From a virus (lineage: Duplodnaviria > Caudoviricetes): a stretch of DNA of 64,000 nt. The position numbers and the translations under genes are program-made. The stretch lies in the IMG/VR virus record IMGVR_UViG_3300033121_001571. One strand, given 5' to 3'. Within the stretch, counting starts at the first letter, position 1; the number at the start of each line of letters is the position of its first letter. The notes under the pieces are model-generated. The model was not told where the DNA came from and made no database searches. It worked only from the letters and a program-made list of their open reading frames with translations. Of the stretch, positions 9,304 through 17,711 are shown in pieces.

Positions 9304-10305
9304 TTAATCTCTATAAGAATTTTTACTTTGAGCTCTTTTTGCTGCATCATTAGCAGCTTCTTCCGCTAACTTAGTGCCCCACTCTTCTTGGATACTGTCT
9401 CCAAGAACTTGCCCTTCATCAGTAAGGAAAATAAAATCACCTTCTCTGTAAACAAGACCAGAGTCAATAGCCTTTATCATCATATTGGTAAAATCCAAAA
9501 ATGCATTATGTTTAATTGTTTCGTGTTTTTCAATTTCTCTTACTTGAAGATATAGTTCTTCTTCATTATCAACGCCGTTAACGGACATCAGATATGGTAT
9601 GATCTTTTCATAGCGACTTTGTAAGTTAAGAACTTCTTCCATTGTCTGTGCAATTAAACGACCTTCATCATTTAAATCATAAATAGTGTGTTTTCCTTTT
9701 CTACCAACTGGCTCTATGTATGGTTCAAGAAATCCATACCATAATTCAGTATCACGCATCTTAAAACCAAAATGATGAAATCCATTAAATTCTTTTTCTT
9801 TTTTATACACTTCAGGTAGAGTCATGGGTCCAAATTGACTAATTATGTATAAAGGTATTTGTTCTATACTAGAATGTGTATTTACAGTCTTGGGTGTTGG
9901 CGGTTTGTTAGTTCCAATTTTTCTGATGCTAGCAAGATCGATCAGATGTCCCTTAGCAGACATACGTTCTGTTCTAAGAAATTTTTCATAATCACGCTGG
10001 TTACAACTAATATTGTTTACAATCTGCCACATAATTGAATGGTTTTTACTTTGATCTATGACTTTAACAAACTGCATTTCAACTTTACCAAACAATGTCG
10101 ATCTAGTGTTGTGTATATCTACATTCTGAATGGAGTATATAAAATCTTGCTCTATGATAAATGGCCCTTTGTTTGCATATTCTGGTGTATTTACAATGAC
10201 AACATCATAATTTTTGATGTCAGACAACGATTTATAAGATGTCTCTTGCGATTTTTCAAACGCTTCTGAGATTAGCTTCCTGATCTGACCAATTGTAGTG
10301 ATCAT
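9304..10305 (-). CDS. Hypothetical protein, paralog of 10312-11307, with winged-helix-like C-terminal repeats
   Basis: Leader MITTIGQIRKLISEA; shared GPMT, PVG.K, YDLN and LTDEGQVLGD segments. Confidence 0.8.
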   Translation of the reverse strand: MITTIGQIRKLISEAFEKSQETSYKSLSDIKNYDVVIVNTPEYANKGPFIIEQDFIYSIQNVDIHNTRSTLFGKVEMQFVKVIDQSKNHSIMWQIVNNISCNQRDYEKFLRTERMSAKGHLIDLASIRKIGTNKPPTPKTVNTHSSIEQIPLYIISQFGPMTLPEVYKKEKEFNGFHHFGFKMRDTELWYGFLEPYIEPVGRKGKHTIYDLNDEGRLIAQTMEEVLNLQSRYEKIIPYLMSVNGVDNEEELYLQVREIEKHETIKHNAFLDFTNMMIKAIDSGLVYREGDFIFLTDEGQVLGDSIQEEWGTKLAEEAANDAAKRAQSKNSYRD

Positions 10306-10311
10306 TTGTTG

Positions 10312-11307
10312 TTAAATACCCTTTGCTGTCTGTGCTAGAACGTATCCCCACAACTCCTGCGCTTTATCTCCAAGAACTTGTCCTTCATCAGTCAAGTGAT
10401 AGACTTCATCTTCATCTTCATATATGAGACCAGATTTTATAGCTTTACTGATAGCTTTGTTTAGAGACACTATGTTGAATTTTCTAAATGCAATAAATCT
10501 AGCTTGAGTATCTAATAGATCAACTTTCATTGGACCGTTGACAGACAACAAGTAAGGAATTATCAATGAAGCTCTCTCTTCAACAGACAGAGCGGTAGAG
10601 ATTGAGTTATTAGAATTTATTGGTGAAGAGTTCAGATCGTAAACAACTTCTCCGTCTTTTTTACCAACTGGTTGAAGAACATCAGTAACATACTGAAGAT
10701 TTTCATGTCGATCACCAAACCACACGTCAATAAATCCTTCATCATAAGCAGAATACTTGCCTTCAAATTCTTGAACTTTTTCCATGATCTCTCTTGCAGT
10801 CATAGGTCCATTTTGTTTGACAACATACGATATAATGTCCAACATATGACCATCAAAACTTAACTTTTGTGTTCTTGTCTCTTGGTTTCCAACCTTGATC
10901 ACATCTGATATGTCAAAAAAAGCGGACACAGTTTCTGACTCTGACGAAAACAGATCATCATACAACTCTCCAGCGCTAACGTTTTCACAAACATAACAGC
11001 GTCTGATCCTACCATTTTTGATGTTTTTTATCTGCAGCGTAAAACACTTAACTACAGGTTGTTTGCGTTGTGACTTGTTTTTGAAAACAAAATAAGAAGG
11101 TTGGTCGCCATCAGTTTCTATGTCAAGAAACACTTTACGTGATGTGTTGACAACAAACACATCATCTTTGTCAATATTGAGTCTTGTTTGTTTGAACTTG
11201 ATAAGATCTCCGTTCTTAATGTCAAACACAGATCTGTATGTTGTTTCACTCTGGTTACTCAAAGCCTCAGAAATCAATTTTCTTAATTGACCAAGAGAAG
11301 TTATCAC
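10312..11307 (-). CDS. Hypothetical protein, paralog of 9304-10305
   Basis: Leader MITSLGQLRKLISEA; shared C-terminal motifs. Confidence 0.8.
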   Translation of the reverse strand: MITSLGQLRKLISEALSNQSETTYRSVFDIKNGDLIKFKQTRLNIDKDDVFVVNTSRKVFLDIETDGDQPSYFVFKNKSQRKQPVVKCFTLQIKNIKNGRIRRCYVCENVSAGELYDDLFSSESETVSAFFDISDVIKVGNQETRTQKLSFDGHMLDIISYVVKQNGPMTAREIMEKVQEFEGKYSAYDEGFIDVWFGDRHENLQYVTDVLQPVGKKDGEVVYDLNSSPINSNNSISTALSVEERASLIIPYLLSVNGPMKVDLLDTQARFIAFRKFNIVSLNKAISKAIKSGLIYEDEDEVYHLTDEGQVLGDKAQELWGYVLAQTAKGI

Positions 11308-11338
11308 TGGACTAAATAGTCACTGAACCAGTGTCAGA

Positions 11339-11635
11339 TCACAGTATTTCTCCCCAATCACAGTCTTCATCAGGATCAACACCAATCTCATCCCACGAAG
11401 CCCACGTTGTTCCGTCGTGCATCACTTCATTCAAGTGCGTTGGTTGCAAGTTCTTCTGAAGTGCTAGATCAAATGGAATGTGAACAATCACCGTCTTGTC
11501 GGTGTCACTCATCCTCGTGACAAAACACTTTGGGATCCACACGGTGTCTTTCTTAGACACAGATATCTTGACAGCACGCTCAGATTCACGCACCAAAGTT
11601 CCCTTGAACTCGTGAAAACTGTCACTTCTTCTCAT
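11339..11635 (-). CDS. Hypothetical protein
   Basis: 98-aa ORF with ESERAV...VWIPK motif. Confidence 0.65.
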   Translation of the reverse strand: MRRSDSFHEFKGTLVRESERAVKISVSKKDTVWIPKCFVTRMSDTDKTVIVHIPFDLALQKNLQPTHLNEVMHDGTTWASWDEIGVDPDEDCDWGEIL

Positions 11636-11849
11636 CAGTGCCTATCGCTTCGATCACAAGCTGTTGTATCTTTAGAGAACGTTCTGAGTCGATTCCAAAG
11701 ATCTTCTCAGTTTCTTTCAAAGAAGCAGGTTTATTGATAACAACTTTCACACAGTTCTTAATATGTCTTGCTAAACTATCAACTTTGCTAAAACACTTGT
11801 GACACCTGTTGCACTCGAAACTGCTTGACACAACTGACTTCTTTCTCAC
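11622..11849 (-). CDS. Small C2H2/C2HC zinc-finger protein
   Basis: FECNRCHKCFSKVDSLARHIKNC. Confidence 0.6.
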   Translation of the reverse strand: MRKKSVVSSSFECNRCHKCFSKVDSLARHIKNCVKVVINKPASLKETEKIFGIDSERSLKIQQLVIEAIGTDEKK

Positions 11850-12607
11850 GTAGTTTTGATCACACTCTCTCTTGGTTTCATAAGATTGTAGAGAACTTGT
11901 TCTACGTGTTTGAACAAATCCCTGTCAAATCCACACTCTCCTTGAAAGACTCTCAACGCAGAATCAATGTTTAAAGCACGGTGAGTCTTCGGTTGCAAAC
12001 TTCGAAAACGGATGATGCTGTTCAGACAGTGCCTTGCTAAGTCTGGATCATGGGACCTTTCAATCTCTCTGCAGGCACGTTGTGCAAAAAACTCTATCTG
12101 TTGATTGTGTTCAGGTAAAAAACTCATATTTTTGCACCTTGTGATACAGTTCAACGCTTCTTCTCGCACCACTTCTACGTCTGAAGCGAGCGCGCTCACA
12201 AAAAACTCTCCAACAGCTACTTCAAAAAACGGAAGAACATCGATAAACGGATCTAGATTTCCGCAACACATGACATTTAATTGAACACCGTAATCAATTG
12301 GTGTGGGAGACGCAAACAAGAACAAAAAACTATTTTGATCAACTTTAACGTATTGATACATTGTAAACGCTAGATACGACAGCAAACCTATGTCTTTCCA
12401 ACCTGTTTTCACTAAGTGACTAAAGATAACGTAAGGCCACTCATCAAGTCTACGATTTTTACCAACAAAACACTTTAGTGCTTCTGTTGATCTGTTCTGA
12501 TTTGAAAGGTGCTCTGACCACTCTTTGCAGAGCTTATTGTATGTTTTTTCGCTGAAGATCATTGTTGAGTTAAGCAGAGATCTAAGTTGTCTGAAGACAT
12601 ACACCAA
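11846..12607 (-). CDS. Hypothetical helical protein
   Basis: ORF; likely start MIFSEK (~12562). Confidence 0.65.
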   Translation of the reverse strand: MVYVFRQLRSLLNSTMIFSEKTYNKLCKEWSEHLSNQNRSTEALKCFVGKNRRLDEWPYVIFSHLVKTGWKDIGLLSYLAFTMYQYVKVDQNSFLFLFASPTPIDYGVQLNVMCCGNLDPFIDVLPFFEVAVGEFFVSALASDVEVVREEALNCITRCKNMSFLPEHNQQIEFFAQRACREIERSHDPDLARHCLNSIIRFRSLQPKTHRALNIDSALRVFQGECGFDRDLFKHVEQVLYNLMKPRESVIKTT

Positions 12608-13701
12608 TCACTACAATAGTTATTTCCTTCACCACACGCAATAAAAGTACCTGGAATGACTTTTGAACAGTATGAATTTCCTAACTTAAACACACCAGGA
12701 CTTGGATTTTTCAAAATCTTGAACAGATTGTATATTACACGATCACTGAACTTACCTCCTTCTTTGTATGAGAATTGATCGTATGATATACGAATAAGGG
12801 TCCATCCGTGTTGCACTATGTGTTCATCAAGCAATCGATCCATATTCCTAACATCATTAAAAACTTTTTCTCCTTTTATGCGAGGTTCAAAATGAATTAT
12901 ACCATCAAATTCAACATAAATACGTGCTGTTTTATCAGCAATATCAACTTGTTTTCGATGTGATTTATTTGTAAATACACTTGATTTAACAATCTGATTA
13001 TGTTTGAATTCATAAGGACTAGCGGTTAACAACAACTCAAATAACATTAACTCTGGTTTACTGTGCCATTTAGAATGTGCGGCGAGGGTGCATTTTTCAT
13101 AGAACTCATCAAAATGAGTATTACGCCAAGCTGTCAGACGTGCTGTTCGAATTGCAAGGATCTCTGGTCGAGCTGACGTTTTTTTTGCAGTGATGCGTGA
13201 TAGTTCGCGGCCCCTTGGAGACGAATTTCTTGATGCCATAGCTTCAGCTCGGCGTTTACGTTCATTTGGATTCGCCATAACAGCAGTAGAAACTGCAACA
13301 CTCATCTTAGCCTTATATGCAGTCAAATCGTCGCCACGTTCTTTTGCACGCTTCAACCATGCAAAATTCTGACCACGTTTCTTAAACGCAAGCTGTGTAG
13401 TAAGCGAAGTGAGCTCAGCGTCTGGATATGTAGTTATGTACTCCTTCTTGCTCATGTCATGGACTTGTGTCAAGTGTTTTGTAAGAGTACGACCTATAAA
13501 TCCGCAAATTCGACAAGTAACTGTGTCGTTGGCTGAAAGAACAGTTACTAGACACGCTTTTACGTGTTTTTCGTAGGGTCGCTGGTAAGAAAAGTTCTTA
13601 CCGCATCGGTCACAACGATATTGTATCCCTTTTCGTTGATCATCCACAATGGTAGCATCTCTCCCGTTTCCTTCGTCCTGAATTTGTGATTCCACGTGCA
13701 C
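12559..13701 (-). CDS. Putative homing endonuclease (Zn fingers plus DUF559/Vsr-like PD-(D/E)xK domain), directly after IntN3
   Basis: YRCDRCGKNF...HVKAC and CRICG...KHLTQVH; SKPE...QVDIA...VEFDGIIHF...GWTLIRI. Confidence 0.8.
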   Translation of the reverse strand: MHVESQIQDEGNGRDATIVDDQRKGIQYRCDRCGKNFSYQRPYEKHVKACLVTVLSANDTVTCRICGFIGRTLTKHLTQVHDMSKKEYITTYPDAELTSLTTQLAFKKRGQNFAWLKRAKERGDDLTAYKAKMSVAVSTAVMANPNERKRRAEAMASRNSSPRGRELSRITAKKTSARPEILAIRTARLTAWRNTHFDEFYEKCTLAAHSKWHSKPELMLFELLLTASPYEFKHNQIVKSSVFTNKSHRKQVDIADKTARIYVEFDGIIHFEPRIKGEKVFNDVRNMDRLLDEHIVQHGWTLIRISYDQFSYKEGGKFSDRVIYNLFKILKNPSPGVFKLGNSYCSKVIPGTFIACGEGNNYCSDWCMSSDNLDLCLTQQ

Positions 13702-13910
13702 TTTACCTTTTCTCCAGTAGTGAGCTCTACTTCAACTAAGTCGAGAACACCGTGATCATGTTTCATGATCACGGGAATAATAATGTCATTTCCTGAAATC
13801 TCGTCTCTAGATCTGACTAGATCATTAGGGCAAACATCTTTTAACAACTTAGTCTCTCTGTAAGAGCCATCAAAATTATATATATTCAGAGGTTGTAAAA
13901 AGTACAAACT
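13560..13910 (-). other. Split intein 3, N-terminal part (IntN3, Ser1)
   Basis: Starts at SLYFL right after DnaE FNK; block B CTWNH; ORF ends with no IntC. Confidence 0.87.
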
Positions 13911-14282
13911 TTTATTGAAACCGTACCCAGCGAAATATAAGATCTTATCGTAAAGGTTGTTAGCAACATCAGCAGTGTAACCGTTCTTTATGCATCCTTG
14001 AACAAAGCTATCTCGCGTTTCTTGTGCAGCCTTCTTCGCCGCTTCACCGCCCGAGATGCTGCGCTTCATGATGGCGCGGCGAACCTCGTCACACTTGTCC
14101 TTCGGGAAGCCGGCCACCTTCTCGGCCAGTTCCATCACCTGCTCCTGAAAAATTATACAGTTGTGCACCAGAAGGCCATTTGCGAAGAAATTGTGGTTCT
14201 TCTTGACCTGGATGTCGTACACGGGCTGTGCAGGAGCACGCTTGATTGCACGGATCTTGATGGGAACTACATCAGGCATCAT
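13560..14282 (-). CDS. dnaE: DnaE fragment D: IntC2 + 83-aa extein + IntN3
   Basis: PVYDIQV..NHNFFANGLLVHN|CIIFQEQVMELA...FAGYGFNK|SLYFLQ...VELTTGEKVKCTWNHKF. Confidence 0.92.
   Translation of the reverse strand: MMPDVVPIKIRAIKRAPAQPVYDIQVKKNHNFFANGLLVHNCIIFQEQVMELAEKVAGFPKDKCDEVRRAIMKRSISGGEAAKKAAQETRDSFVQGCIKNGYTADVANNLYDKILYFAGYGFNKSLYFLQPLNIYNFDGSYRETKLLKDVCPNDLVRSRDEISGNDIIIPVIMKHDHGVLDLVEVELTTGEKVKCTWNHKFRTKETGEMLPLWMINEKGYNIVVTDAVRTFLTSDPTKNT
13999..14030. repeat. 32-bp direct repeat, copy 1 (copy 2 at 15429-15460)
   Basis: tgaacaaagctatctcgcgtttcttgtgcagc is identical at both sites. Confidence 0.95.
14160..14282 (-). other. Split intein 2, C-terminal part (IntC2)
   Basis: VYDIQV..NHNFFANGLLVHN followed by Cys+1. 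Confidence 0.92.
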
Positions 14283-14754
14283 CCACCTCGACAATATCGA
14301 ACTCATCGAAGCAACACACTTCTTGGTCGAGCTCGCCGCCTTTCAAACCCTCGAAAAGACCCGAACCCGTGCTACGATTGTAGAACATCGCATCATTGTT
14401 ACGATAATCGTCAATGAGTTTGACTTCAGTCCCAGCGTCGAACCATTCATCGGGACGAGAGATGTATTTGACACGCTTAACTGGTTGGAGAGGTGTAGAT
14501 GAAAAGAAGCCTTCCGCCCCATCACGCATCATCTTGACGTGGACAATTCTCTCGTTAAGATGATCTGCTTGCAGGCGTTCACCTTCGTCAACTAGCCTGA
14601 TCACATTGGGACATGCAGTCGTCTTCTCTACCCATAGTGGGTCAAGAGGCGACGGATGGTGTGGACACGCACGCCAGTCGTGTTGACGTTGACGCTCGAG
14701 CAGGCAAAACACACCCGTCAAGTGCGTGTAACAAACAACGTAATCCCTCATCAT
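14272..14754 (-). CDS. Hypothetical protein inside the insert
   Basis: 160-aa ORF overlapping both neighbours in operon-like fashion. Confidence 0.55.
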   Translation of the reverse strand: MMRDYVVCYTHLTGVFCLLERQRQHDWRACPHHPSPLDPLWVEKTTACPNVIRLVDEGERLQADHLNERIVHVKMMRDGAEGFFSSTPLQPVKRVKYISRPDEWFDAGTEVKLIDDYRNNDAMFYNRSTGSGLFEGLKGGELDQEVCCFDEFDIVEVDDA

Positions 14755-15179
14755 TCACACTCCTGTTCGCGATGCATTAAGCACGCAGCACATATATCGC
14801 GGCCAGGTGTTGACGTCCAAAATTGCTCGTGGCAATCAACACACGTTTGCGTTGGGCTGATGGACAACTTCGTTGCTACGCCGTGTGATGACATAGAACG
14901 AGACAACGCATCAGCGTCCAGCACAACGCGACGTGGGTTGATTTTCATTGCCAACGAACTTGCACATAGTTGACACACCGGTCCATGGACGTCCAACACA
15001 CGAGGACCATGATACTCAAGTTCCATATCGTTGCCCACTTCTTCATGGGCTCGAAACGTATCGAACCAATCGGCATAGGTGAGGTCCTCACGCTTAGCCA
15101 CTTCAGGATGTGACTTCAAGGTATTGATGAAATTCTTGAACGAGGTGAGCAGCTCTTCCTCGAAATCTTCGATCTTCAT
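14751..15179 (-). CDS. Hypothetical Cys-rich protein inside the insert
   Basis: CQLC, CVDC and CAAC motifs. Confidence 0.55.
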   Translation of the reverse strand: MKIEDFEEELLTSFKNFINTLKSHPEVAKREDLTYADWFDTFRAHEEVGNDMELEYHGPRVLDVHGPVCQLCASSLAMKINPRRVVLDADALSRSMSSHGVATKLSISPTQTCVDCHEQFWTSTPGRDICAACLMHREQECE

Positions 15180-15181
15180 GC

Positions 15182-15712
15182 CTAAATTGTCCTCAAGTTG
15201 TGTGGGTAGTTCACAGCCTCAGACCCCCAGACGCGTCTCACCACATAACCTCGAGCCTCAGCCGCGCGGGTGAATGATTCATCGAGTCGATACTGTCGCT
15301 TCATCTTGGACGTCAGTTCGTGCTTTTCTGGATTGCCGTGCCAGTAGTCGCCATCGAACTCTACGAGAATGTTCTCATTTGGAACGTAGAAATCGAACTC
15401 ATGGTTGATGCCTTCAACGTGGCATCTGTGAACAAAGCTATCTCGCGTTTCTTGTGCAGCTTTCTTTGCAGCCTCGCCGCCAGAGATGCTTCGTTTCATG
15501 ATAGCTCTGCGAACTTCGTCACACTTATCTTTTGGAAAACCCGCAACTTTTTCTGCGAGTTCCATTACGCTTTCTTGAAATATCAAACAATTATGAACTA
15601 AAATAGAATTTGCAAAAAAATTACCATTCTTCTTGATTTGAAGATCGTAAACGGGTTGTGAAGGAACACGTTTGACCGCACGGATTTTGACGGGAACTAC
15701 GTTAGACATCAC
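15182..15712 (-). CDS. Alternative fragment D': IntC2' + ~53 aa DnaE fused to a DUF559/Vsr-like nuclease domain
   Basis: VYDLQI..NGNFFANSILVHN|CLIFQESVMEL...RDSFV, then HEFDFYVPNENILVEFDGDYWHGNP...GYVVRRVWGSE. Confidence 0.85.
   Translation of the reverse strand: MMSNVVPVKIRAVKRVPSQPVYDLQIKKNGNFFANSILVHNCLIFQESVMELAEKVAGFPKDKCDEVRRAIMKRSISGGEAAKKAAQETRDSFVHRCHVEGINHEFDFYVPNENILVEFDGDYWHGNPEKHELTSKMKRQYRLDESFTRAAEARGYVVRRVWGSEAVNYPHNLRTI
15429..15460. repeat. 32-bp direct repeat, copy 2
   Basis: Identical to 13999-14030; marks the DnaE/nuclease fusion point. Confidence 0.95.
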
Positions 15713-15972
15713 TTGCCTTGTTGATCTGAAACTTTGATCTGAAACTCTTCGACGTTTGACTCATCTGCGCTATCTTCAACACAAAGCACTCGAAGATAAC
15801 GAATTGCACACGCTAAGAACTGTTCAGGAACCAAATTTGGTGTTTCGTGTTTTGGTACTATCTCTCTTGGAGAAAAAGTCTCTTCCACAGAGTCACACCA
15901 ATGTAAGATACCAGTTAGAGTGTTTGTTTTTACCATAAACACAAAACTACTGCACAGATACTTTCTGTTCAC
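15709..15972 (-). CDS. Hypothetical protein
   Basis: 87-aa ORF coupled to the D' start. Confidence 0.5.
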   Translation of the reverse strand: MNRKYLCSSFVFMVKTNTLTGILHWCDSVEETFSPREIVPKHETPNLVPEQFLACAIRYLRVLCVEDSADESNVEEFQIKVSDQQGK

Positions 15973-15997
15973 TTAAGTTTTAAGATCTAAACAGAGA

Positions 15998-16525
15998 TCA
16001 CAGATCAATAATGATATATTTGTCATTTCTTTTCATGACATTATCGCTAGATATGTCCCCACGCATTTTCACATAGATTCTCAAAAAATCTTTGAGATCA
16101 GAATCGGGCAGAGACTCTACGCTTTCTGGGTTGCTAACAACTTCATCTATGATGAATTTTTCATCTCTTGTCAGTTGATCTAACTTTTCCATCACAGCAT
16201 ACACTGCATAAACAATGTTATCACCCACTTCTTCATCATATCCTTTTAACTTGCCCACTTCAAAAATTTTCACAAATAGTTCAAAATCAGGAATAGACTT
16301 TAGTTTATTCAAATGATAATCAACGCCATCGCTGTCTGGAAACATCTCATATGTTGGCACAAGTTTTATCACTTTTCCTGCTGAATATTCCATGATAACT
16401 CCTTCGTTACCAAACGCAACCACGTTTCCAACGTTTGGAGGGAGGATTCCGTCTCTTTTAAGTTTAGGAATGATTGTTTCAATAAAGTATGAATCGTAAA
16501 AACCTTGGTTTCTTTTTGTAAACAT
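15998..16525 (-). CDS. Minimal protein-kinase-like protein
   Basis: FGNEGVI (G-loop), VIKL, VMEKL hinge, GDISSDNVM catalytic loop, IIIDL. Confidence 0.7.
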   Translation of the reverse strand: MFTKRNQGFYDSYFIETIIPKLKRDGILPPNVGNVVAFGNEGVIMEYSAGKVIKLVPTYEMFPDSDGVDYHLNKLKSIPDFELFVKIFEVGKLKGYDEEVGDNIVYAVYAVMEKLDQLTRDEKFIIDEVVSNPESVESLPDSDLKDFLRIYVKMRGDISSDNVMKRNDKYIIIDL

Positions 16526-16528
16526 CTT

Positions 16529-17413
16529 TTATCTGTTCCAATCTGATCTGTCTTTGATGTGTGCTTCAATCACAATGACTTTTCCCCTGATAGCATCTTC
16601 AAAATCTTTTCTTGCAGTTGAGACAATATTTTTTACATTAGAAAGAAGCTCATCTAACTTGGGATCACCCGTTTCATTATAGTGAAATCCTCGAGTGTCA
16701 AGAATAGCCTGAGTAACGATTTCTGATATTACGTCTACCCAGTTGTAATTTCTAAACGCATTAGTAACAGCTGATTTCATTGTCAGCGCAGACACAATTT
16801 TTGGCCAAAAATAAAATTTGAAATAATCGTTCATATATTCGTTTTTTTCATTTTTGAAAGCATCAATGAACATTTTGTTGATAACTTTCATATACTTTCC
16901 CATTACAGAAATATTTGAAGTTTCATCGATCATAGCGTGTATAATCATCCAAGGTGTAGAAAGAAATCCCTTTTGAAGATGTTCAACTAGTGGAACAAGG
17001 ATCGCAGCACCTTGTTTTCTTGCTTCTTCTAATTGAAGAATTCTGTTTGATGGAACTCCAAATCTAGCTAAAATACTAGCATCACTATATCTTTCACGCG
17101 TTCTATCAGATGTTCTTCCCCTGTTTGATGCCCACCATGTAAATGCTGGTACTACGTAGATTGGAACTGACAGGTTCTTGTATAATTTAATCGCACTGTT
17201 GTAAAAGTTTTTGTTGTCAAAAAATTTCTTGACTTCTTTTCTATCTTTTTCGACGTCAGCATCACTTGAATGATTCTTAGTTTGTAAGACATAGTCTGAT
17301 TTTGCATTAACAGTCCAATCTTCTTCTCCAGCTGGCTCAATTCCAGCTAAAGGAGCTTCTGAGATCACTGAAGATCTGATAAGAGATCGGAGTTCGCTAA
17401 GTTTGATTTTCAC
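16529..17413 (-). CDS. Hypothetical protein, paralog 1 (MKIKLSELRSLI leader)
   Basis: Extensive identity with 18110-18997; GTG at 17413 chosen from TATTTA spacing (ORF track start 17419). Confidence 0.85.
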   Translation of the reverse strand: MKIKLSELRSLIRSSVISEAPLAGIEPAGEEDWTVNAKSDYVLQTKNHSSDADVEKDRKEVKKFFDNKNFYNSAIKLYKNLSVPIYVVPAFTWWASNRGRTSDRTRERYSDASILARFGVPSNRILQLEEARKQGAAILVPLVEHLQKGFLSTPWMIIHAMIDETSNISVMGKYMKVINKMFIDAFKNEKNEYMNDYFKFYFWPKIVSALTMKSAVTNAFRNYNWVDVISEIVTQAILDTRGFHYNETGDPKLDELLSNVKNIVSTARKDFEDAIRGKVIVIEAHIKDRSDWNR

Positions 17414-17432
17414 AATCACTAAATATCAACAC
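17312..17432. repeat. 121-bp exact direct repeat, copy 1 (copy 2 at 18896-19016)
   Basis: Base-by-base comparison; covers the promoter motif, the paralog 5' end and the last codons of IntN2. Confidence 0.93.
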
Positions 17433-17711
17433 TTCATCACTGTCTGTCAAAGACCCAGCGTTTACCCACCCACGGTTCTTTGTCATGACTAAGTGGTCTT
17501 CAGTGACAGTGAGTCGTTTTCCGTCCTCTAACTCTATCTCGATCACGTCTCTTACACCGTTCGACACAGCAGCTACAACCACGTCACTCTCTATTTCAGC
17601 AGATTCCTCGTTGTATGACGGGAGAGTGACGCCGACCATCTGCTTATCAACGATTTCCTTGATAGTGATCTCACCGTTGTCTGTCATCACTCTTGAGTCA
17701 CCAGTTAAGCA
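17397..17711 (-). other. Split intein 2, N-terminal part (IntN2)
   Basis: Block A CLTGDSRV; block B TEDH. Confidence 0.93.

Larger units (their letters stand above)
14031..15428. mobile_element. GC-richer inserted segment bounded by 32-bp direct repeats, supplying a replacement 5' end for DnaE fragment D
   Basis: Visibly higher GC and GC3-rich codons than the flanks; synonymously diverged copy of IntC2-DnaE. Confidence 0.65.

Noticed and set aside
13999-15712. D/D' duplication as a simple assembly duplication
   Set aside because: The copies differ at many synonymous and several non-synonymous sites, so they are distinct alleles. A strain chimera still needs long reads to exclude.
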